The position numbers were made by a program, and so were the translations under genes. From a virus (lineage: Duplodnaviria; Caudoviricetes), in IMG/VR virus record IMGVR_UViG_3300028767_000022, positions 1 through 61,450 of that record: 61,450 nt of DNA. One strand, written 5' to 3'. Of the stretch, positions 9,352 to 23,300 are shown piece after piece; within the stretch, counting starts at the first letter, position 1; the number at the start of each line of letters is the position of its first letter. The notes under the pieces are model-generated. The model did not search any database and had not been told where the DNA came from. It saw only the letters and a program-made list of their open reading frames with translations.

Positions 9352-11340
9352 ATGGGAGTAAATTTATACGATAGTCCTGCTCAGGCACAATTTATCAATA
9401 CATACGTACCAATCCAATTTGAAGGGTTATACAAGATGGCAGATAAGGCTCAGTCTGATATGGACAAAGGAACTGAATTAGTAGATAATCTTAGTGCAAT
9501 GAGTTCATTGGGGTCTCTGTCTAAGGTAGACAATGCTAATTGGACTGCAGATTATGGAGATGTAATATCTAACTTTATAAATGAAAAAGTAAAAAGCAAC
9601 TACGATTTAACTAATCCGGAAGTTCTTAGTGGTTTGGCATCTATCAAAAGGAAGATACAGAATGATCCTAATGCTAAGAATATGCTTGAGTCTAAGGAAA
9701 ATTTAAAACAAGCAGCAGCTAAAGTTGATCCTAAATGGGGTTCTACTTATACTGATATCTTTAACAGCTACGACACTAAGAACACTGGTCAGATATATTC
9801 TGGTAATACCATGGAATACCGTGGATGGGAAGGAGCTGGAGATGCTTATACTAAAGAAATAAAAGCAAGGAAACTTAGAAAAGAAGGTGGATACTTTGTA
9901 ATGGGAGTGGATCCTACTGACGTTAAACACGTAGTAAATGATAAGGCTAATGAGATTTCATCAGATCCAGAGTTAAACTTACTTGTAGATAAAGACATGA
10001 AGGATGGTAAAATTAATCCTAATTCAACTCCTAGTCTATTTAAGAAAGATCCTGCTACTAAACAGCCTGTATTGATACAGAATTGGAGAGGAGAATACGC
10101 TAAGACAATGGTTGCTAATGCTAAGATGGATGCTACAATTGGAAATACTCTTATGTACGATCAAGCTGGAGCGGATGCTAATAGAATGGCTGAGCAGAGA
10201 TTATATCATAATCAGATGTTAGGATTGAAACAAAAAGAAGTTGAAAATGCCAAGGTAATTCAAAATTGGCTCAATGGAAAACAAGAAGATGTTGCATCTT
10301 TCAAGACTACTCATGTAGAGAATAAAACTGCACTACATTTGGCTAAATACACTGATCCTAATGCGAGATTTAATGTGGCTAAGAATATGCTTGGTTCCGC
10401 AGAATCTGCCACATATATAGTTACTAAGATGGATAGAGATGCAATTAAGGAAAAAATAGATAAATTAACATCAGATAAATCTGTAGCACAGGCAGCCGGA
10501 AAACCTGTAGATGATTATACTTCGCAAATATCTAATCTTACTAGTGAATATGACAAAAAGAATGTTATATTAAGAAGCACTTCTAATGCATTTAGACAAT
10601 CTGTTAGTAACGAAGAGGCTAAAGCCATGAGAGGAAAGGGAGAAAGTATATACTTCAATAGACAACAGTTGAATGAACTTAATCTAGTAGATACTCCTGC
10701 TGTAGTTGGTACTGAATTTGCAAAAATAGTATTTGGACCTTCGTCTAAAATGGTATTTGCGGCTGGTCCAAATGCAGAGGGAATAATTGGAAGTAATACT
10801 AAGTTAAAGATAAGAAGCGCCGCCAATGAAAATGATGAAAATCTAGCTATTCGCGATGAAGTCTCTAGAGTACAAAAGAGCGATAGACCTAAAGCTGAAC
10901 TCGGGCTTAGAACATTCACCGCTAAATTGAAATCAGGAGCGTATGACAATAAAGGATTTACAATTCCTGGAGGACAAACTAAGATAGAGGGACAAAATTC
11001 AGAGCTTACTGGAGTGTATTATATTCCTAAAGATGAGCTTTCACAAGAAGAGCAGAATGCTTTGGTTGGATTGTATGGTACGGAAATATTCTCAACAAAA
11101 GATAAAGAAGTTGATCCAAAAACATATTTGAATGTCTCAGTTAAAAAAGAATTTGTAAAAGTACCTATATTTATGCCTGGAACTGGAGCTAGTACTGAAA
11201 TGGAAAATACTGTATATAATCAGAATTTAATGCATAAATTTGGCAAGGATAATTACCAAACTAAAAAAGAAACAAGCGTTACGGCATCAGAGACAAACTC
11301 GGCTTCAGAAGCAGATGCATATACTACAGATGATAACTAA
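9352..11340 (+). CDS. Virion cargo / ejection protein
   Basis: N-terminal NLYDSPAQAQFINTYVPIQF motif; lies between cargo gene and vRNAP. Confidence 0.6.
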   Translation: MGVNLYDSPAQAQFINTYVPIQFEGLYKMADKAQSDMDKGTELVDNLSAMSSLGSLSKVDNANWTADYGDVISNFINEKVKSNYDLTNPEVLSGLASIKRKIQNDPNAKNMLESKENLKQAAAKVDPKWGSTYTDIFNSYDTKNTGQIYSGNTMEYRGWEGAGDAYTKEIKARKLRKEGGYFVMGVDPTDVKHVVNDKANEISSDPELNLLVDKDMKDGKINPNSTPSLFKKDPATKQPVLIQNWRGEYAKTMVANAKMDATIGNTLMYDQAGADANRMAEQRLYHNQMLGLKQKEVENAKVIQNWLNGKQEDVASFKTTHVENKTALHLAKYTDPNARFNVAKNMLGSAESATYIVTKMDRDAIKEKIDKLTSDKSVAQAAGKPVDDYTSQISNLTSEYDKKNVILRSTSNAFRQSVSNEEAKAMRGKGESIYFNRQQLNELNLVDTPAVVGTEFAKIVFGPSSKMVFAAGPNAEGIIGSNTKLKIRSAANENDENLAIRDEVSRVQKSDRPKAELGLRTFTAKLKSGAYDNKGFTIPGGQTKIEGQNSELTGVYYIPKDELSQEEQNALVGLYGTEIFSTKDKEVDPKTYLNVSVKKEFVKVPIFMPGTGASTEMENTVYNQNLMHKFGKDNYQTKKETSVTASETNSASEADAYTTDDN

Positions 11341-11367
11341 TTAAAATATAGTCTTAATTAAACTAAT

Positions 11368-14300
11368 ATGACAAAACAAGAAATTAGGGCCGCGCTGAAT
11401 AGCGGCAGCATGAGATGGTCGGATTTAAATCCGGCCTCTGCTGTTTCTAATCGATCCTATAGAAGACAAGAGCTAGAAGATGAACTACGTAAGAGCGAAC
11501 AAGAATCCGCAGTAGCATCTGAACCTCAAAAACCGACAAAACCAGTACAAAATACTGCAGTTAACCAATCCGAGCAAACGTCTCAGGATGCTGTTTTTAA
11601 CCCCGCTACGGACTCTATAGTTCCAACTGATACAATTAGTCCAGAACTGAGAGAAAAGGCCACCAAGGAGCTTAAAACAAGCGAGAAGGGCATTGTAGCC
11701 CCCAATAATCAGCAGTCAAAAACAAAAAAGGATTATAGCCTATTTGATCTTGCTGGAAACTCGTTTAAGAACTTTGCAGGAGGTGTATATAACACTGGAA
11801 TGACATGGTTTGAAGCCAAAACACTCAACGAAATCACTCCATTATTGGAGGCGAAAGACATATTAAGTGAGTCTGCAAATGATCCAAATACATACAAATT
11901 GATAGATTTATATGCTAAAGGACAGACAAAAAACTTTACTCCATATGTGGCTCCTAGCGATCCAGTTAGAGATAAATTAAACGCAGAGGAAAAATGGAAG
12001 TATGATTTAAATAAGCAACTAGAAAAGAATGCTGTTGATAGTCCTGATTTATTGGACAATGTTGTATCTGCATTTAAGGCTCCATTAAGAGTGTTAGACT
12101 CGTGGGCTAAGAATCCAACAAAAATACTTGGAGATATAGAAAATCCAATTAGAAGTATATTTGGAGATACAGACCAAAACAATAGGATATTTAAGAATAG
12201 TGCTGGAGATATACAAAAAGACCAGAGAGCCGACAGACAAGATAGGTTTGATGTTAGGTCTGGAAAAACTACAATTGGTAGTGATTTATTGGCTGGCGTA
12301 AATGAAGGAGCGTCTAAGACTACTGCTCCTATGTTATTAGGTACGTCATTGATAGATGGAACTATTTTGCCAAAGATAGCACCTTATGCTGCTGCCGCTT
12401 ATGGTGCGTATTCAAATTCTGATGCAGTTAACCAGAATACTGGATGGAGAAGGCTTGATCCTGCTGAGATACCGGATGAGCTTCAAGAAACAAATGCTAG
12501 ACTTGGCAACTCAATAATTGCATTGTCAAAAATGAATGGTAAATTTAGAGATAAATTTCCAAGTATTGACGAAATCGTAGCTGGCAAAAACATAAACAAC
12601 ACTTCTGCCGGAAAAGACTGGAAAGATAAAGCTACTAAGGCCTTATATGAGGACTACAAAGCCAACAAGGATTGGGCTGGAAAATTTCAGTACATGAAAG
12701 ATAGAACTGCAGCTCCCGATGAGGAGATAAATACAGAATACCCAACGCTGGCAAATGTTACGCAGAGTTTAGGGGCTTCTTCTTCTATGATTGTTCCTAT
12801 GATAGTAAATCAGGCGGCTACTGCTGCTGTTTCTGGACTCACAAGAGGTCTTATATCTGCAAATGGTACTAGACCAGTATTAGACTACTTAGTAACAAAA
12901 GGTGGAATTCTATCTGGAGCAATGTCTAATGCATATATGTCTGTGAAATCCAGAGAGTCTGAGGCTTATTCTCAGCTGCTTCCAAGCTATACTAAGAGGT
13001 TTTCAGAGCAACTAGCAAAAGAAAAAGATCCGACTACTGGATTGTCATATGATATTTTCGATGGGAAATCATTTTCTGATAAGAAATTGCTCGAAATTGT
13101 TGACAGAAACAAATCTTTGTCATCTCTAAATTCTAGTGATGTTCAGAAAAATGGTAATATAGGATATTCTAGCGTTTTAAGTAATTACGATAATGCAATT
13201 TCTGAGTTAAATAAGACTGGGGCTTTATCAAAAGAGACTAGAGGCAAATTGCTTAGTGATATCCAATCTGGATTTCTTAAAACTAAGATAGATGATAAGA
13301 TAAACAGCGCCAGAAGTCACGCATTAAGTGGCGTAGACGAATATCTTAGAGAATATATGTCTATGCTTGCTATAGATATGGCTCAGAATTCATATATATC
13401 TGCTCCATTCAATGCAAATAAGATAGCAGCTGTAAATAAATTTGATCAATCATTGTTTGGGTCTATAAATAGGACATCAGAAATGGTTTCTGATTACTTA
13501 GTCAATTCTACTGCCGGGAAGATGGTGAATAAAGTCAATAATTTCTCTTTAGCTGGAGTTCGAGTTGGTGCTGTTCCGGAATTTGTAGGAAGGACTGGAA
13601 AAAGAATGGTTGTCGAAGGACTTTCAGAGGCTTTCTTAGAGGAAAATCCGCAACAGTTGATTCAGTACAAGTACGAAGATGGCAAGTTAAAGGACTCTAA
13701 CAACTTAATGGATGCTATAACTAATACTGCAAATTTTGCTGTATCTGCGCACTTGGCTCAGTGGGGAGTTGGAGAGGATGCTAAATATCAAAAAGGGATA
13801 AATGAGAATTTCGTTATGACCCTTTTGACCACCAGTATACATACTGGGGTTATGGGCTTGCCGGGTACGATAAAAGAAATGTCTAACGCCCAAAAAGAGC
13901 AAAAGGCAAAGGCTTTCGTGAAAGGGAATGTTATAAAAGACATGCAGACTGCCGATAGAGTCAATAAAACGAATGTATATGTTGACGCCGTCACCAAAGG
14001 AAAAGAAGAGTATATAGTAAACTATCTGAATGAGCTAGCTCAAAATCCTCCAGAAGGAATCTCTACTGAGGATATAAAGGATGAGGCTAGAATAGCTCAG
14101 AGGACAATGGCTGTTGCTAATAATAAAAAAATACTTGGATACGCAAATAGAGCTGGAGGAGTTGGGTCAGAAGCCCATAAATTACTTACTGCATTATTTA
14201 TTGACCACGAAGAATCTGCTAATCAGGATAAATTTGAGGCTGTTTCTAATCTATCTGAATTTGAGGCAGTAAAAAGAGATAAATTCAAAGATTCTTCATT

Positions 14301-17300
14301 TAAGGAGTTCTTCGATCAACACAATGAGAATAATCCAGAAAATCCAATATCTACCGCTTCTCAAAATGATATATTCAATGCTATAGCAGAGGCAAAGGTT
14401 TTGAATAGTATATTGTTCGTTAATAAAGCTAAGGACAAAATCTCTCAGACTAAGCTAGATGTTCTTAATAGGTCTTTAAATAAAGAAAGAAACGCAGCTG
14501 TTACTAATCTTCATAATCAATTAATATCTAATGGATTAATCAGCAAAGAAGACGTGTCAGATCCTTCTCTGGATAATCTATTAAGTAAAGTAGACGAATT
14601 GGATATTCCATCTATAGAAAATGACTTCTTGATACCAATGGGTAAATCTAAGATATCATTGATGGGATATGATTATAATAACTACATGAAGAGGGAGTTG
14701 ATGAATAATCCAATCGAAAAGCAGGATAAATTATCTACTCAAGACCATGATATTTATATAGATGAGATTCTTGACGCGTATAGAACTAAAAAGAAAGAGG
14801 AATTAGAAGCCGAAAAAGTAAAGGAAGTTGTAGATGAAGTAAAGTCTGAAGTATCTGAAGAAGAGGAACCTATAGTTCCAACGTATGAGAGTACATCTGA
14901 AGAACTAGAACATGTAGCAGAAGTAGTTCCTGCAGAGGCAGAATCTCCTATTCCAACAGAAACTCCTGATATAATTCCAATAGTAGATACCGAGGCTGGG
15001 GCAGTAGAGGATTTAACTGGAGATGTAGATTCTATGATAGACGAGATGAATTCAGGTATTCAGTCAGATATCGTTGAGCCAGATCAAAATCCAGATAAAC
15101 CAGTCGATATAGAGCCGTCTATAGTTGATAACAATGCAGAGGTATTGGCCGATATCAAAGATAATAACGATTTAGAGGAAGTGTACTCGGAACCTGACAC
15201 TGAAATTATAAATGATCTATCAGATGATATTACTGGGCTTATTTCTACTGAAACTGCCAAACACGATAGAATTAGTAGAACATTATTTGCTGATGTAAAG
15301 ATTCCTATAATACGAGAATTTTTAATGAATCCAGACGCATTTAAGTCTGCAAAGGTTAAAATCGTAGTAAACAGACATAGATCTGGGACTACAAATACAT
15401 ATACTGTACCTGCTTCTGTAAATCAGAACGGAGTAAAGAATACTATAACTGGAGAAGATTATACTGCATTAAATGACTTTGATGTAAACTTACCAGAAAC
15501 ATGGGATAATGCATTCATAAAAGTAGATATCAAATTCCAGGATGGAAAGATCGAAAGAGCATTGATATTTACAATGAAAAATCCAGGAGAAAGGGATATC
15601 GTTGTTGATGACAGCGGTATGAAGAAGTATTCTCCAGAAGAAGTTCAAGCTCTTAGAGACTTCAGAAACTCTATCATATCAGAATATGCAAAAACTATTG
15701 CAGATCCATCTTTAGAATTAAGAATGAAGAATGGATTTGAGAGAGGTATTGCTAAGTATGCATTAAATAGGGATAAGAATGGAAGAGCAGTACAAAGAGC
15801 TCTTAATGAAATTGTTGGACTAATTGACGAAAGCGATGTAAATAAACTTGGCGTACACAATCTTACTGTTGCTTACGGTAGAGGAGAAAGAGGAGGAAAC
15901 TTAGTTGTTTCTTTATTTGAGTCTATGGGTATTTCAAACAGTGAAAACTCTGGTTCTATATTTATTACTAAGCCAGATCCATTAAATTCCAATGAAGAAG
16001 TAAAAATCAAAGTAAATAAAACTAGATTTTCTGATGAGGCTGGAACAGCAGAATTAGTATATAAATTAGCTGTAGATATGAGAGGTAGTACTGCTAAGCA
16101 GATTACAATCTCAGATAAAGGAGAAGTTATAGAGACTACTGATACGTCTCCATATGGACTTACTCCTGCATTGTTATTGTCTAGAATAGTCAATTTTGAT
16201 AGAAAGACAAATGTTTCTGCAGATGGAAAAGACTTCTTAAAGAATAAACAGTTCTATGTAGAGTCTGGCATATTACACTATAGTGAAAATACTATACCAT
16301 TATCATTAATAAAGGAAAATGAAAAGGCAGAAATCCTTAAATTTATAAACGATAATCTTACTTGGATTGTAGACAAAAATGATTTATGGAATTCTGATAA
16401 TAACACTGATAATTTAGTATCTGACTTATTTCCTGGTATAAAATCTTATTTAGATAGAAACTCAGATAAAGGTTCTGTATCATTTGCTCCTGGAGTTACA
16501 TTCTCTAAGGAAGATATGGGTATCACTTGGACTGCGTGGCTGATAAAGAATAAGAAATTAGTATCTGATATTGGCGATGGAGTATTTGAACCACCATTCT
16601 TATTTATGACTGATGTAGTTGCTGTTCCTAGAGGATCTGAAGACATTGTGTCCATAAAGGATGGAGCATATAATACTTCTCCTGTTGCTGAAGTTAAAAG
16701 TTCAGTTGCAGATGATGTTGCTACCGAATATACTCCAGATCCAACGGAAATCGCAGAAGAAACTAAGACTCCTGCTGCAGAAGTGAAACCACTTGATTTC
16801 TTTGATGATTTCATGGGCGGAGTACCGAGCTTGATAGATGTTAATAATCTACCAACAAGTACTTTAGATGCAGAATCTGCAGTTAGATTCCTTAGAGAAA
16901 AACTTGGAGATAACTTTGAAGCGAGCGTAATTGATGATGTCATAGCATTAGCTAATGGTGGATTTGCACAGGGATTGACTGGAAATGATTTAATATTATT
17001 ATCTAGATTAGCTCAAAAAGGTACTGAGTTCCATGAGGCATTCCACAGAGCGTCATTATTGCTTATTCCAAGAAGAAGGAGAATGGCAATATATGATAAT
17101 ATTAGAAATACTAACGAAGAATTTAAAAATGCTACAGACTCTCAAATAGAGGAAATGTTAGCTGAGAAATTTAGAGAAAGAGTATTATCTAATGAGGTTG
17201 ATATTGCGAATGGTACCGTAGTTAATAGGGTGTTTAGAAAGATGTATAACGCTCTTAATGCTTATAATAACTTCAAAGATAGAGACGTTGAAAGACTATT

Positions 17301-20300
17301 CAGAGATATAGAATTAGGTATATTAAAAGGAGCTAGACCATCTAAAGGCAATTTACATGAGTTTGCTAAGAAATACGAAGAAGGAGCTCCTAAGAGATTT
17401 AGAGAGTCTGGATTAACTACTATTAAAACTGTAGAGGCCAAGGATAGAATAGTAAATAGTTTGTCATACTACTTATTTAGAATAAGCGGAATAGAAACTA
17501 TTGATAATATATCTAAGTTGGACTTTAATGGACTAAAAGCCAGTATAGCCAAGCTTGCAGAAAAATATAAAGCAATTCCAGAAAGACAAACTCAATACGA
17601 ACTGTTCACCGAAATACACGACCGATTTGATGATTACTTCTTAAAGGAAATCAAGAAGAGTGTTAAGAACACTGGAATAACAGAACTAACTGACACTAAA
17701 GACGACCTTAATGAAGAAATAGTTAGTAAAGAAGCTGCTTCTCACGATAAGGCTTCGTATGAAATCTCAAAAAGAGATAACATTAGAGCTGAAGTTAAAT
17801 TCTTTATTAGAACTATTCCTGAGTCAGAAATGGTTAATAATACCGCAGCACCTAAGGCAGATCCACTTTCTTTATTGCCCTCGTTTGTTAAGTTTGAATT
17901 AGCATGGAATACCATGATATATGAACTACACAAAGAGAATACAGTACAGAAAATGAAGGACAAAATCTCTTCACTTGCTAACGAAAAGAAGAATCCATTC
18001 TTTATTATGTTAGAAAGAAGACTAGCTACTGTTGATGATAACTTCTTGACTAAATTCTGGAACACAATGTATAGTCATAGACATGATTATATTAATACTG
18101 TTTACAATGCAAATAGCACTAAGGATGGTAATGACTATGAAAAGTCTATTAGAAACATATCAAGTAATATAGATAGAGCCGAAAGGGAATTGCCTATATT
18201 CTGGGGTCAGAACATTTTATCTGGTGGCGTAGTTTATTCTATGACTGAAAATGGTAGAGTATTTAACAAAAAGAATGCAGAAGCAATTGTAGAAGCATAT
18301 AAGGCCTTAGCTAAGTCTGTTCATAAGAATATGACTACAGAAGAGGCTAATAAATCATTAGAAGTATTTACTTCGTTATTGAGTAAATTGTCTATAGATG
18401 TAGACGGTGAGACTATGGACTTTATGATAAATAATAAGTATCCTGGATTCTCAAGAGAACAAGCTATAAATGCAATCATTAATGACTATAAGTCTACTGC
18501 TCAAATATTTACCACTATATTGCCAGACATAATCAAAAAGGATGGTAACAAAGGAAATATAAAATTAAAAGAAGTTACTCCTAAGGTGTTATTCGGCGGA
18601 GAAAGATCTATAAAAGAATACGCGTTAGCTTATGCTAAGGTTCATCCAAACGCAAATGAGACAATGGCTTATGGAGCTGATGGAGCTACTTTGTATCAGA
18701 TATCATCTAGAAATGCAGTTACTGATGTAATTGATAGAGTTTCAGGTGATGCTGCTTATTTAAAGGATGTGCTTTCTGTTCCTATTAATCAAGGATCTAT
18801 ATTATTTAATCAAATAGCAAATGGAACCTCAAAAGGCATATCATTTGGTACTTTCGTTAAGATATATGAAGAAGGCGTAGCTGACCAAGGTAGAGATTAT
18901 TTTGATATATCCCCACTAGAGGACTACACAATTAAGATGACTAACTTACTGTCTGGCAATATAGCATTACCTGCTATGGCAGATAAGAAGACTTATGGAT
19001 TTATATTTGGTATTAAAATGCCAGATATGGTTTCTCGTGGTCGTGGAGTTCAGAGAATGAGCTGGTTCAATAATCAGATATCATATCCAAAAGAGGCTGT
19101 AGATATCTTTGATGGATACTACAAGGCTGAATTTGAGGCTATAAAACAAGCCTGGCAACAAGTAAAAGACGCTAATGGAACAAAAGATCAATTGGTAGAA
19201 AACTATCACTATCAAGGAGCTAAGAGTAATAAATGGGCTGGTGGTCATGGTAATGGATTAAGATTCAGATACATGGACATACTTCATGTAAACTCAACTA
19301 CTCCAGGTGATCAGTTTAATGGAGTATTTGATCTCAATGACTACATAGATAATGTAATTAAAACTAAGGGCCCTCAAATTGGCGAAGTTGCTGCTATGGA
19401 CGAGGCGATTGCTAGATTAGATAAGAAATTCTTTAGTGAGTCGTATGAGAATAGGTCTAAAATGATCAGTTCTACTATTACTTCTTTAGTTAAGAAAGAA
19501 ATTGATTACGCTGCTGAAATTGGGCTTATAACTAAGAATGAGGTCAATTACGTAGCCACAATGGATAATGAAGCTACAGGGGTTAAGATTGGAGACAAAG
19601 TAAATAGCATCTCTTACTTTAACAACGCGATAGATGCCTCTATATTTAATTTCAACTTAGAACAATATAAGAAAGCTGGAATCGATTCTAAAAGCGTCAA
19701 CATGGTTGCTATTACCAATATAATGGCAAACACTACTATAAATAGTATTATATCAGAATTTGAGACTGATAAATTGATCTCAAAGGACTCTGCATTCTAT
19801 TTAAATACTGACGACAAGACCAAGAGGTTATCTTCTGTATTGTCTACTGGTACTGCACTTAGAACTTCATTTCCACAAGGACATGTTCTCCAAGGAATAA
19901 GTTCATTCAATGTAGCTGAAGTTTCTGATAGTATTATAAAGAGTACTGAGCTTGGCACTATAAAGAACATGTCATATGCTGCTCAAGTAAATAGATTAAT
20001 GCAGCAATCTGGAGTAGATGTTATTTCTGATTTGAGTGACATATATTCTGACCCAAATAGAAAAGCAGAATTAGATGAGTTAAAAGGTAAATTCCCTAAG
20101 CAGTTTAATCTTGCTGAGGCGTTAGTAGATGCTCAATCAAAAGAATATGAGAAAGTAAATGTTACTGATGCTACTGCATATATATCACCATATATGTACA
20201 GATCTCTTATGACTAGACTCGGAGAGGACTATTTCACTCCAGAAATGAATGAGATATTTGACATTCTTGAGTCTGATGATTTCTCATGGATGAATGATCC

Positions 20301-23300
20301 TACTAAATATGCAAAAGTAGAAGATCTTGCAATTCACCCGTTAAAGATGGTTTACTTTGGAGAATCATTCCAGAATGGATTGAATATTCCTAAGCTAAAT
20401 AAGATGGCATTATTTATACTGCCTAAATTCTTAGCTACTGGAGATTTGAAAACTCTGTATGACAGAATGAATAATCCTGCAGCCGGTCAACAGAAAGTGG
20501 ATATGGTTGCATTTAGTACTGCTGTTAAGGTTGGTACAGATAAACCTGTATCTATTCATAATGATAAGAATGAACAAGAGTTGTCTGACTTAAGTAAGAT
20601 GAAGGTCGTTCCTCAATCATTTGACTACTTAAGACACCAGTTGCCAACTGAGCCGCATGAAGGTGCAGAAATGTCAATTGCCACTCAGGTTCAGAAAGCA
20701 TCTATGGGAAACATAGTAGCTACTGACATCTATCCAAATATAGAAATTAATGGCAAGAAAGGCGCTACTGGAGCTCAATTAGTTCAAGAATGGAATGGAG
20801 CAATGTCAGAATTATCTGATAGAGGTAAAATTGAGGTTGAAAAACAGTTTGGTATTAAGGTGGATGAAACTACTGGAAACTACTCGTTTAACACTGAGAA
20901 AATGTATAACTTCTTAGCACAGGAAGCAGAGAAGTCTAACATGCCTAGCGACGTTGTTGAGATACTTGGAGAATACGATAAAGAAAATCCAGATGCTAAC
21001 CCATTACAGGCTTTAGTAGATAACGCATTCGTTGAGTCAAAGATACTTTCTAATATACTTAAAAAGACTGTAGATATCAAGGCTCCAGGTGGAATGTTTA
21101 TTCAGATGACTCCATTTGGATTAAAACATATGGATGACTCTAGTGCTGCATATAGGATTAATGGAGGAAAGAAATTAAGGTTCTTAAATAGCGATGGATC
21201 TATGGATTGCGTAGTATCTATTACTTTATTTAAAGACAGACTTCCACAAGAATTAAATACATATGACGAGAAAGTAAATTGGCTTAGAGAAAACAACGTA
21301 ATTGGAGAAAACGCTAATCCTGCTGCAATGGGATATCGTATCCCTACTCAAGGTCTATCATCTGTATCTGGATTAAAGATAGTAGATGTACTTCCAGAAT
21401 TTATGGGAGATACTATTGTATTGCCATATGAATTTACTGCTTTGACTGGATCTGACTTTGACGTTGATAAATTATATATTACTAGGTTAAATTACGAAAC
21501 ATCGTATACTTACGACAAGGACGAAGCTACTGAAAAAGAAAGAGAGGCTGAATATACCACGTATATAAATACTCCCAATTTCTCTCCTAGGGCTAAGAAG
21601 GATATAGTTAGGGCAGAAATACCTAATTTTGACGACGATAGAGCTCGAGTTGAGTTCGCTAACAAAAGAGGCTACTTCTATGACATTAAGAATAGCGCAT
21701 GGGCTACAGTTAGACATGAGGGAGTTGAAAAGACTCAGATGGATGACTCTAAGGCTGATAAATGGAAAGAAAACTCTACCAAGGCTATTCAGAACAGATT
21801 TATAGACGTAATGATGGCTGTGGTTACTAATCCTAACAGCGTCAATGAGACTAGAATTCCGTTGGATGCAATGAAGGGAGAAGTATTAAAAACCCTTGCC
21901 ATAATTGACGAAAAGTCTGGAGGTCAGGTAAAACTGTCTGGTATGGATAAAGCTACTTTATCTTATGAAAGTAAGAAGAAAATAGAATATTCCGGTGGCA
22001 AGCAAGGCATACCTACATTTGCATTGGCTGGAGTACATCATGTATTAACTCAGATAGCCAAATTGAGGTTTAAAAATAATGGTACTGTCAATAAATTTGG
22101 ATTAGCTAATCTTGGTGATATTTACGGCAAAGACGGAGTTAGGATACTGGACTGGTTATCAGCAATGGTAAATGCCCATGTCGATGTCGCAAAGGATCCA
22201 TATATCATTAGAATGGGAGTAAATCAATATACTCACAAAATGACTTCTTTATTACTCAGGACTGGATATGGAGCAAAGACATTTTTATTCTTAAGTCAGC
22301 CTGCATTGAAAGAAGCATATAAGATAATGGATACCAAAGGCAGCGAATATCTATCTGGTGTTAGAAATGCAAAATCAACTACAATTGAAAAGCAGGTAGA
22401 TTTACTGATAGTTCAATATAAGGAGAATGCTAGGAAATCAGCTAAGAATGACTATGACAGAGCTCAGTTTAAGAAACTGTATAAAGAAGGAAAATATGGT
22501 AAAGAAGTAATACAAAATGAAAATGTATTCGATAACCTTAACTTAGTTAATGGATTAGCCAGAAAAGATAAGACATTTGACTATTATTATCACCAATTAA
22601 TTGCGCTTGAAACATTTAAAGAATTAAGTCCGCTGGCTAGTTCACTTGCAGAAGTAGTTAAGTACTCGCAGGTAGATACCAAGAAGGCTGGTAATTCATT
22701 CTCATCTCAACGTCTATTCTTCAATAAAGTAAAAGAACTTATATCAACTAAGTCTTCATTTGCAAATCTTCCTGAGTTGTTCTTAAACACTTTCATTTAT
22801 AAGAAGTTACAGAATAGTGCTGGTCTTGCTGCTAAATTAGGACAAGGAGTATTATTTAGAACTACTAAGTCTGTAGAGATTTCTGCAGATAAAGTATTAG
22901 CAGCAGCTGGTAGATATGGACAGGATAATAGAGAATTAATATCTAAAGTTAATAAGTATATAGACTCTAAGATTAAATCTGAGTTCTTTGACAAATTAGC
23001 TGAGGATAGAGGAGTCAATGTTCCTGGACTGTTCTTTGGCAGTAATACAATTGCAAAGAGATTATTTGCTATTCAGCAGAAATTTCCACAGGAAACGCAG
23101 GATAATGTATTCTTACGTGGAATGTCGGCAGAAATGTATGCTCCATTTGAACAAGAAAGACCAGATCATATTAGACCTAGAAACAACAATACAAATGAAC
23201 CAGGTTTAGTAGAGGAAATTAAACAACACTTTAGTTCATTATTAGATAGCCAGAATGCAGAGATAAAGAAATTTGCAGAAGACTTCATATTGTACCAATT